Shown here: piece by piece, positions 37,133 through 47,570 of the stretch
Numbering within the stretch: the first letter of the stretch is position 1
How the letters are laid out: the number at the start of each line of letters is the position of its first letter
Position numbers and translations under genes: made by a program
Notes under the pieces: generated by a model
Told to the model about the DNA's origin: nothing
Seen by the model: the letters and a program-made list of their open reading frames with translations, nothing else
Database searches by the model: none
Assembly: GCA_950097015.1 (NCBI GenBank)
Contig: CATNEN010000001.1
Span: 1,364,001 to 1,428,000, forward strand
Length of the DNA: 64,000 bases
Origin: Macrostomum hystrix
Taxonomy: Eukaryota > Animalia > Platyhelminthes
Reading direction: 5' to 3'

Positions 37133-37199
37133 TTGTAGCACGCTTTGACTATGGCTATCGAATTATGAACAATTCATCACTTCTGCAAACAAGAAGCCC

Positions 37200-37205
37200 T
37201 TTATA
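37200..37205 (-). promoter_or_regulatory. Candidate TATA box of the PAN-domain gene
   Basis: TATAAA(GGG) ~70 bp upstream of the ATG at 37132. Confidence 0.5.
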
Positions 37206-37692
37206 ATGCCAATCTTACAGTCTAGTTTGTCAATCTCATCCCAACCCGCAATAAAAGCTAATTAGTGGGGTAAACTTACCTGGATAATAACTTGCCTGAT
37301 CAGTTAAGGTCGAATTATGTTTAATCGAAATCACTACGCGACAAGAAAATCTGGTGACAATCGTCCGTGCTATTTTTTAGCTTATTTTCGTTCCATTGTT
37401 TAGTAATAATATATGGATGGAGCAAATCAAGGTTAATTATGCTTGATTGTTAGGTTAACTTAATTAGGCGGGGTTGATAGAGTCTGCAAGTAAAGTTGTT
37501 TTAGCAAATTGATTTATTTTTTATGACTGTTCAAACAAATGTACAGCCTGGAAAAGGCTGAAACTGCATGGTTCACTAAACAATAAAGCTTCACAAATTA
37601 TAAACTCATATTGAGTCCAGGGATCTAAATTCTACTTTTTGTTCCTTGTGATAAAAAGTTAGAGCATATTTCGAGGTATTCTTTTGGGTGAT

Positions 37693-38380
37693 GGTCACTT
37701 CGTCAACTAGCCATTTCGTCAACTCGGTTGACGAAATGACCAAAATGCGTGGGCGGCCTTACTGGCGGTTGACGAAGTGACCAACATGTTTGGGCCCCAT
37801 CACTGGCGGTTGACGAAGTGACCAACATGTTTGGGCCCCATCACTGGCAGTTGACGAAGTGACCAACATGTTTGGGCCCCATCACTGGCAGTTGACGAAG
37901 TGACCAACATGTTTGGGCCCCATCACTGGCAGTTGACGAAGTCCGGGGCTGCTATCCCCGGGCATGTTCGCACCCTGGTACTAATAGCTCGTATCACACA
38001 CGAGTCAAAAAATGTCCCCGGACCCTCCCCCACGCCCCCTAAAGTGCTAATTCCAACATAATGTGCGATTGCTGGCTGAGCGGAACCCAAGCGAGAAGTA
38101 ACAGAATTTCGATACGCTCAGTCGTATTATGTAGTTCATTCGGAGAAGGAGAGTATTGTACAATCGTCTCTAAGTCTGTGCTAAGTCCAGCACCCCAACG
38201 GCCCGAAGCGCCTTTTTTTCTATATAGAATGTTCTATATACAATGATATCTATATATATTTTCTAAGATATCGTTGTTAAGATCATTTTTGTTAAGATAA
38301 CGAAAGCGCATTGAAGTCGGGATCTCGGAGAAGTTAATGGAATAATTAGCAATTGGCATTGGCAGTTGACGAAGTGCCCA
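37693..38380. mobile_element. Putative non-autonomous foldback/MITE-like element with internal 41-bp tandem repeat built on its inverted-repeat motif
   Basis: Inverted copies TTCGTCAAC at 37699 and 37715; direct GTTGACGAA at 37727, 37768, 37809, 37850, 37891, 37932 and a displaced copy at 38365. No TSD identified. Confidence 0.5.
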
Positions 38381-39288
38381 AGATTGTAGAGGTCCCCATT
38401 TTTTACGAACAATTACAGTATAACGAAAGAACTTAGAATAACAGTCCACAGTTGTATAATTATAATAAGTGAGCGATAAGAAAAGAAGAAACATAGTTAT
38501 TTAATATTTGAATACAAAATAACAACATTTTACTTGAAGTGCAAAGTGATATCACCCTATTCTAAACTCGATATGATTGTCACTTTTTAATATTTGACAG
38601 CTGATTTATTTTTTTTGTGATGCACCACCATACTGGGAATCTAGCTTCTAGCCGTTCCAGATTTATTTAGTGTCGATTATTGTTCGATGAAAAAAATCTG
38701 TATGCACAAGAGTGAGCAACACTATCAGCATCAAGGTTTGTTTATTTTTTTATTCCTTGTTTCAATTAACTTAGTGTAGTTTTTAACACTGCACCTAGTG
38801 ACTAGTGTTAGGACCCTACTATTCAAATTTTGCTTTAATTATTTAAGTATACATATGTATAATTTTTTTATTACTGACACGCCTCAGTTACATAAGCAGC
38901 TATATATGTTTTAAAACATCAGTTATGTATCAGTAAACTTATTAGAAGCCAAACAATGTGTTTCTTCTTCCATAAAAAATCGAAGGAAATGACATTTTTA
39001 CACAGAAATGCCGTTTTTTTAAATAATATACAGTATTTAGCTATTTTTATTAACTTATTAATTGCTCAAATTAATTTCTTTTATGTTAATATTACTAAAA
39101 GTTATTAAAAAGTGTTTATTCCATTTTTGTTTTGTTTTAACCTTAGGTTTTTGTATCAGTTCTTTAAACCTTAAATTTTAAATGTAAAAACTGTGTGACT
39201 ACAAAAAATGCAATTTAATAGTATCTCAATTCACAGATTGTCATCAACAGATTCTTAACTGCCCCTAGCAACACAGCTGACAGCCAGA

Positions 39289-42200
39289 ATGGCTTTAAAT
39301 GCGCAAAACACAGAAGGCTCCTTAAATGGTGCCTTCGCTGACCAGTCTGCTGATGTCAGTCCTGAAGGTCGAGTCAGGAATAGAGCAAATTCGTCCAACA
39401 GCAGAGACTATCAAGACGACGCGTCACAAAAAATTCCACTGACATCAGGCTCCAGGGGTAGCAGTGGTGGCACAATCTACATGGTCATGATCTCTCTGCT
39501 ATCAGCTATTGGCGGATTCCTATTTGGCTACGATACTGGCATTGTTAGCGGGGCGATGCTGTTTGTTAAACAGCAGTTCAATTTAAACAGTCTATGGCAG
39601 GAGATTATCGTCTCTGTGACAATTGGTGCGGCGGCTATCTTTGCCCTGGTGTCCGGTTGGCTGAGTGCTTGGCTGGGTCGGCGACTTTGCATTCTGCTGG
39701 TCAGTGACAAAGAGAATTTTGCCCTAAGCAAGTTTAATTTCCACATGTTTTTATACCGGAGGAGAATTTACCCTCCACCCCGAATTTTTTTGGCTGCGCG
39801 GTGGTGACTGATTGGTTGACAGACTAGGTAAAGATGTACTGTGGTTGATCTGCGCCTAATATTTAGGCTTGATCAGTGAAATTGGAGAAATTCGCGTCAG
39901 GGTGTTCATAGTGGCCTAGTTTCCACCAGTTGTAGCCATTGAAAGTCCAGAAAATCCATCTAAATAAAGGTAGGTGACCACCGAAGACGGAGATGATGCA
40001 GGCACATTCGGGTGACACGCTGATAAATTTTGAAGGCCTGGCAAAGCCGCACTGGGTGTATGAAAAATCCGACCTTCGGCCAGAAACATTGAATATCTCG
40101 ACAGTCTGAAGTCTGGCGACTTGATTCTTGTTTCAGAAGATGCGCAACAAAAAATTTGGCCCGTGTTCTTGAGTTTCGTGTGCTTGCGTTGCTCCGTTCG
40201 GGTGCAGCACAAAATGTCAGGGGGGAATTTCCCTTCCCCTTGGTAGTTCTACTGTTAACCAATTTGCGCTGGAAAAAGAAGCAAATTTACTTTAAATGCT
40301 TTTCCAGGCTAGCATAGTGTTTCTGCTCGGTTCAGTGGTACTGGCCATTGCGCAGGATCGCTCAATGCTAGTTGCTGGCCGGATCATTGTTGGAGCCGGC
40401 ATCGGCCTAGCAAGCATGATTGTGCCCGTGTACTTGGCCGAAACTTCGCCCGCTCACCTGCGCGGCCGGCTGGTCACTTTGAACACAGTTTTCATCACCG
40501 GCGGTCAGTTTGTGGCAGCTCTGACCGCCGGGGCATTCAGCGGCGTCTCACAGGGCTGGCGGTGTGTGCTCACAGAATGTGGATTTTGTAGCCTTCAGTT
40601 ACTGAAGGCTACGTACGGCTAATTTAACAGCTGGGTGAACTGAAACAATACAGAGTTAAGTGTCTTGCTAAAAGGACACAAAAAACAACTTTCATTGCAG
40701 TTAGGAATCGAACCCCAGACCTACGAGTCGTGAGACCGACGCTCTAACCTCTGGGCTACAACCCCCCTATGCCTATATTTAGAATACCAAATGGCCCGAA
40801 ATCAGATTATCATTTTAACTGCATGTTTTGAAGTCCTGATTTTCTTGTTTTCTATGTAGGCAGGGATGAGACACGGGACAAATGAGACATGGTAGAGATG
40901 AGACGGTAGAGATGAGACAGGGGAGAGATAAGACAGCGGAGAGATGAGACAGTGGAGAGGGTGCTGCGCTGAAGGAGCAGTGGGATAATGATGTTGCAAC
41001 CAACCCGGCCCACCTCAGCTACATGCTGGGTCTCGCTGGCCTGCCAGCCCTGCTCCAGATCGTCTGTTTCGCGTGGCTGCCGGAATCGCCACGCTGGTTG
41101 GTTGCTAAGGAGCGCCTGGGAGCGGCCAGAGCTGTTCTTGTTCAACTTCGCGGCGGCATCGATGGAGAAGATTCTAATGAATTGGTTGACGCGGAATTGG
41201 GCGAAATTGTTGCCAAGCACAGGGAGGAGATGCGAGTCATGGCCGACAGGGGTGAGTGGGCTGTGAAGCAAAGATGACTAATGTGACCTTTTTTATGAGC
41301 TGGTCCCTCCAATTAGGCTCACCTAGGAGAGTCCTCCAAAACTCCTCACCCATCCAACTGTCTTGATCTATCTTGTCTCTCCTCATATCGTTCTACCTCT
41401 TCAAATCTCTCTCTACCTCTCTTAATGTCATTCTACTCATCTAGATATCACTCTACTCATCTAGATCTCACTCTTCTCATCTAGATCTCACTCTACTCAT
41501 CTATATCTCACTCTACTCATCTAGATCTCACTCTACTCATCTATATCTCACTCTACTCATCTATATCTCACTCTACTCATCTAGATCTCACTCTACTCAT
41601 CTATATCTCACTCTACTCATCTAGATCTCACTCTACTCATCTATATCTCACTCTACTCATCTATATCTCACTCTACTCATCTAGATCTCACTCTACTCAT
41701 CTAGATCTCACTCTACTAATCTAGATCTCACTCTACTTATCTAGATCTCACTCTACTCATCTATATCTCACTCTACTCATCTAGATCTCACTCTACTCAT
41801 CTATATCTCACTCTACTCATCTATATCTCACTCTACTCATCTAGATCTCACTGTACTCATCTAGATCTCACTCTACTCATCTAGATCTCACTCTACTCAT
41901 CTATATCTCACTCTACTCATCTAGATCTCACTCTACTCATCTAGATCTCACTCTTCTCATCTAGATCTCACTCTACTCATCTAGATCTCACTCTACTCAT
42001 CTAGATCTCACTCTCTCATCTAGATCTCACTCTTCTCATCTAGATCTCACTCTACTCATCTAGATCTCACTCTACTCATCTAGATCTCACTCTACTCATC
42101 TATATCTCACTCTACTCATCTAGATCTCACTCTACTCATCTATATCTCACTCTACTCATCTAGATCTCACTCTTCTCATCTAGATCTCACTCTACTCATC

Positions 42201-45200
42201 TAGATCTCACTCTCTCATCTAGATCTCACTCTTCTCATCTAGATCTCACTCTACTCATCTATATCTCACTCTACTCATCTAGATCTCACTCTACTCATCT
42301 ATATCTCACTCTACTCATCTATATCTCACTCTACTCATCTAGATATCACTCTACTCATCTAGATCTCACTCTACTCATCTAGATCTCACTCTACTCATCT
42401 AGATCTCACTCTACTCATCTAGATCTCATTTTAATAGTCTAAATGTAACCCTTCCTCTACTTCTACTTCTTTATCTTCTCTATTTCTCTTTATCTGCCAA
42501 TTTTCTGAGTTAAAAATTCGTTCTTTAACACTTTGCGTTGTTTTTTTGTGCTTTATTTCAGAAAAGGATCATTCTGGGCCATGTTAGTTTATTTAAATTG
42601 ATTTTTACAAACAATTAGAGTCTTTCTTTCTATGAAGTATTTGAATTAAATTTACATTTTCCTGTAAACTCATGTTTTCTTTTTATCAAGGTGACTGGTT
42701 CTTTTACTTTCAGTTCCATGTTTTTTTCTGGTTAAAAATGCAATTTGTTCTTCATCTAAAGCCTTCTGCACGTGGCTAGTTAAAATAATTCAAGAGATTG
42801 GTAGATAGGGTAGAGATAAGATGGGGAGAGATTGGTAGATAGGGTAGAGATAAGATGGGGAGAGATTGCTAGATAGGGTAGAGATGAGATGGGGAGAGAT
42901 TGGTAGATAGGGTAGAGATAAGATGGGGAGAGATTGGTAGATAGGGTAGAGATAAGATGGGGAGAGATTGGTAGATAGGGTAGAGATAAGATGGGGAGAG
43001 ATTGGTAGATAGGGTAGAGATAAGATGGGGAGAGATTGGTAGATAGGGTAGAGATAAGATGGGGAGAGATTGGTAGATAGGGTAGAGATAAGATGGGGAG
43101 AGATTGGTAGATAGGGTAGAGATAAGATGGGGAGAGATTGGTAGATAGGGTAGAGATGAGATAGGAGATATTGGTAGATAGGGTAAGAGATGAGATGGGG
43201 AGAGATTGGTAGATATGGTGGAGATAAGATAGGGAGAGATTGGTAGATAGGGTAGAGATGAGATAGGAGATATTGGTAGATAGGGTAGAGATGAGATGGG
43301 GAGAGATTGGTAGATAGGGTAGAGATAAGATGGGGAGAGATTGGTAGATAGGGTAGAGATGAGATGGGGAGAGATTGGTAGATAGGGTAGAGATGAGATG
43401 GGGAGAGATTGGTAGATAGGGTAGAGATGAGATGGGGAGAGATTGGGGAGGACCACTACACGTGGTCCTAGTCCAGGAAGCCATATGTAGACACAATTTT
43501 TTTGACAGCTCCTAAATAGAGAGGATAATTTATACAAGAGGCTGTATGTACACCGGCCAGGCCCCAGGCCAATCCTGTTGCAGATGCTTGAACAGCCGTG
43601 GACTCGTCGAGCACTTCTGATTGGCTGCGGTTTGCAAGCCTTTCAACAGCTATCCGGCATCAACACTGTGATGTACTATTCGGCTAGTATTGTTAAGATG
43701 GCCGGAGTCAGAGACGACGTCACGGCTGTGTGGTTGAGCGCGGCAACCGCCGGTACAAATTTCTTCGCTTGTTTCATCGGCCTTTGCCTAGTGGAGAGAA
43801 TCGGTCGCCGGCCATTGCTGATTGGCTCATTGTGCGGCGTGATTGTGTCTCTGGCTGTGCTAGCCATTGGTTTTCAAGTGATTAGAGACAAATCTATGCC
43901 TGTGTCCTTTGAGGTAAGGATAACCTGTTCGATTGCTTTGTTTTCTTGTCAGATTCTTTTGTGTCAGACTTTTGTGTCAGATTCTTCTGTGTCAGATTCT
44001 TCTCTGTCAGATTCTTCTGTGTCAGATTCTTTTGTGTCAGACTTTTGTGTCAGATTCTTCTGTGTCAGATTCTTTTGTGTCAGATTCTTTTGTGTCAGAC
44101 TTTTGTGTCAGATTCTTTTGTGTCAGATTCTTCTGTGTCAGATTCTTCTGTGTCAGATTCTTCTGCGTCAGATTCTTCTGTGTCAGATTCTTTTGTGTCA
44201 GATTTTTCTGTGTCAGATTCTTCTGTGTCAGATTCTTCTGTGTCAGATTCTTCTGTGTCAGATTCTTCTGTGTCAGATTCTTTTGTGTCAGATTCTTTTG
44301 TGTCAGATTCTTTTGTGTCAGATTCTTCTGTGACAGATTCTTCTGTGTCAGATTCTTCTGTGTCAGATGGGTGTGTTTTCAGATGTTGTCTCAGAATTTA
44401 CACAATCATTCTAGTCTAGCGTTGCGACTCCTTTCATAGGGAGTTCTTAAAATAGTTTTTTTCGCGTGACATAAAAATGTTAGTTTCTCTTCGCCACTAA
44501 CAGTGAAGTACAGGGAATGGCCGAGGGTATAGAAGAACAAGTGTTAGTTTACTGGAAGTGGAAAGTTTTTACTGTACTTCGCCCACACTCACATATATTC
44601 ATTTTTTATTCGCAACTTGCTTCTGGCAAAGCAATTCAAAGTAATACTAAAGTTCTTGCTTGCTGCTTGAGACTAAAGACACTTTACTAGGAACCTCAGA
44701 AGAGTAGAAGAGTAAAAGTTCTGAGAAATCTATTTATTGGATTTTTTTTAATCCTAAAAAAATTAAGTGTAAAAATGGAATTTGGAAAATGACAGTCATG
44801 TGAATCAGAGGAATTGTGTATTTATAGTAGTAATGAACTAACATAACCGCATATAACCTCCACTAAAACAGGTTTCTAGTCAGAACAATACGCGGCAATG
44901 CCTGGCACAGACCACCTGCGATTCGTGCATCTCCCAGTTTGCCAGTGACAGCTCCGTTGGCTGCGGCTTCTGCTACTCTGGCAACAATGGCACCTGCGTA
45001 TCCAATGGCAACCCCGACAATCTTCTGTGTCCAACCAAATCTACAGCCTGGTTTCTGGCTAAGGATTTCTGTCCCACGCCGTACGCTTGGATTGTGTTGC
45101 TTGGCCTGATTTCTTACCTGGCATTTTTCTCTCCGGGCATGGCTCCGGTGCCGTGGTTAATCAATTCCGAATTATATCCCCTTTGGGGCCGCAGCGCCGG

Positions 45201-45411
45201 CACAGGATTATCTACCTGCGTCAATTGGACCTGCAATCTGTTGGTTAGCCTGACCTTCTTGAGCCTAACCGAGTTGCTAACCAAACACGGCACCTACTGG
45301 CTTTACGCTGGACTGGCCTTACTAGCCCTGCTGTTTGTCGTCAGGTTTGTGCCAGAGACTAAAGGCAAAAGTCTGGAAGAGATTGAATTCATGCTAGAGA
45401 ATAATGCTTGA
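39289..45411 (+). CDS. SLC2A13: Proton myo-inositol cotransporter (HMIT, sugar porter family). Exons 39289-39699, 40308-40561, 41019-41251, 43561-43913, 44872-45411
   Basis: [70 protein letters not shown]. The Cys-rich loop (C..TTCDSC..CGFCY..C) is typical of HMIT. All junctions are GT-AG and in phase. Confidence 0.92.
40613..40767 (-). mobile_element. tRNA-derived SINE with CORE-like domain, in SLC2A13 intron 2
   Basis: Minus strand: A box TAGCCCAGAGGTTAG, B box GGTTCGATTCC, then GTGTCCTTTTAGCAAGACACTTAACTCT..TCAGTTCACCCAGCTGT.AAAT resembling the CORE-SINE domain. No intact acceptor stem. Confidence 0.7.
40862..40958. repeat. Short degenerate array of the 16-bp GAGATGAGACACGGGA family (~6 copies)
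   Basis: GATGAGACACGGGA, GAGATGAGACAGGGGA, GAGATAAGACAGCGGA. Confidence 0.8.
41430..42428. repeat. 20-bp minisatellite (CTAGATCTCACTCTACTCAT), ~50 copies, SLC2A13 intron 3
   Basis: Period 20 with two 1-bp deletions. Confidence 0.97.
42794..43446. repeat. 34-bp purine-rich minisatellite (GAGATTGGTAGATAGGGTAGAGATAAGATGGGGA), ~19 copies, SLC2A13 intron 3
   Basis: Direct reading. Confidence 0.96.
43945..44368. repeat. 15-bp minisatellite (TGTGTCAGATTCTTC), ~28 copies, SLC2A13 intron 4
   Basis: Direct reading; starts ~30 bp after the donor at 43914. Confidence 0.96.
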
Positions 45412-45519
45412 TAGTTTCGGTGCAATTTGGAATTGGTCTTCGTGTAATAGTCTAGTAACAATCTCAGTGGTCTGTTACTCTGGATTCAACATGAACCCCT
45501 TTGCCTTCTCATTATTCTG

Positions 45520-46475
45520 ATTCTCATCTCACTCACCCCTATCTCACTCACCCCTATCTCACTCACTCTTATCTCATTCACCCCTATCTCACTCACTCTT
45601 ATCTCATTCACCCCTATCTCACTCACTCTTATCTCATTCACCCCCTAACTCACTCACTCGTATCTCGTCTCACTCACTCTTATCTCATTCACCCCCTATC
45701 TCACTCACTCTTATCTCATTCACCCCTTCTATCTTACTCACTCTTATCTCGTCTCACTCACTCTTATCTCATTCACCCCTCCATCTCACTCACTCTTATC
45801 TCATTCACCCCCTAGCTCACTAACTCTTATCTCATTCACCCCCTATCTCACTCACTATTATCTCATTCACCCCCTATCTCACTCACTCTTATCTCATTCA
45901 CCCCCTATCTCACTCACTCTTATCTCATTCACCCCTCCATCTCACTTACTCTTATCTCATTCACCCCCTATCTCACTCACTCTTATCTCATTCACCCCCT
46001 ATCTCACTCACTATTATCTCATTCACCCCCTATCTCACTCACTCTCATCTCATTCACCCCCTATCTCACTCACTCTTATCTCATTCACCCCCTATCTCAC
46101 TCACTCTTATCTCATTCACCCCCTATCTCACTCACTCTTATCTCATTCACCCCCTATCTCACTCACTCTTATCTCATTCACCCCCTATCTCACTCATTCT
46201 TATCTCATTCACCCCTCCATCTCACTCACTCTTATCTCATTCACCCCCTATCTCACTCACTCTTATCTCATTCACCCCCTATCTCACTCACTCTTATCTC
46301 ATTCACCCCCTAGCTCACCCACTCTTATCTCATTCAGCCCCTATCTCACTCACTCTTATCTCATTCACCCCCTAGCTCACCCACTCTTATCTCATTCAGC
46401 CCCTATCTCACTCACTCTTATCTCATTCACCCCCTAGCTCACTCACTCTTATCTCATTCACGCCTTCCTATCTCA
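45520..46475. repeat. ~31-bp pyrimidine-rich minisatellite (CTATCTCACTCACTCTTATCTCATTCACCCC), ~30 copies, downstream of the SLC2A13 stop
   Basis: Direct reading. Confidence 0.95.
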
Positions 46476-47570
46476 CAGCCACTTATGTAGTTTGGTATCT
46501 TTTACCTGAATACGTTACAGTTATTGTGTTGTGACATTGCTTTTTGCTTAATTCTATCATGTGATTTATGTACCTGTAGATGTATGTACTCACTATTGTG
46601 ACAGTACTGTGATTTCGTAAATTCTTGTTAGATTATTTTTTGGAAGACAATCTTCATGTCTCTTTTGTGCTTATTTGAATTCCAATGACGAGTACCTTGA
46701 TGCCGGTTTGTGTTTAAAGTTACGACTATTTTCGTATAATATTTTAAACAACTTTTGTCAGTAGTGTGGCTAAATATTCTCCACATTTTCCTTAATTTGC
46801 GCAAGAATTAGATGAGATAATTAATTTCGCGTGCTGCCAAATTAGATAAATTTTTCTATATATTTCTTTGTGCTTAATTTCACATCGTACCTGGTCGTCG
46901 TGCAAAAAAGTCGTTGCAAAAATGCCTAACATTATTTTACTTTCATCAAAAGTTACATTGCCTTACGTATAATCACTGTGGATTGGTGTGTTGTACTTGT
47001 GTAAGCTATAAAATATACAGTTATAGTATATGCATTATTTGCGAGTCTATTTTTTCAGCGAGTATTTTAACAATCAAATTTATCTGCATTATGTATTGAA
47101 CGTGCTTTTTACATGTATCAAACAATTGCTTGTAGTGTATATATTTGTACGAACATATTTTTAGCCGCCTACTTTTATAGTAGGGTAATGCGCGCATGTA
47201 CATTAACCATACTGCCCCCCCAAAAGTGGTATGGACTTATCGACCGTGGGGTTGGTTGGTCAATGAGCTATTCAAATTAGCTAAGCGACAGCCTTATGTG
47301 TTCTATTCTATATACCCAGCAAGAAGAGCCTTGGCTGCCTGCCCTGCATGAGCTCGGCACGTCTTTACTGCGTTTGCAACTATATACGCTCCAGTTATAC
47401 AGATCAGGATTACACTTCAAAGCACCTCTGCTCTGCATTTTTGCATTGGAATCAGTGGACACATTGCGTTAATCAGTTAAGCTTTTTGTTTCAAGGATTG
47501 TCTGCAATCAGTGCTTCCTCAAATTCCGATTATGCTATGAGGAAAATTTCGTCATTTCCGATTTTGTGTA

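Noticed and set aside
37727-37942. 41-bp periodic repeat as a CRISPR array
   Set aside because: No unique spacers (units are near-identical throughout), no cas genes, eukaryotic context.
39755-40256. Possible MITE in SLC2A13 intron 1 (GC-rich hairpin-like ends)
   Set aside because: The two ends are not convincing inverted repeats and no TSD is visible; needs a repeat-library search.
40695-40767. Functional tRNA gene on the minus strand
   Set aside because: A and B boxes are present but acceptor and anticodon stems do not pair well, and it runs into a CORE-like SINE body.
42780-44439. ORFs with PYLPISP, CQILL and SDSSV repeats
   Set aside because: Intronic minisatellite translations; the true SLC2A13 exon ends at the donor 43913/43914.
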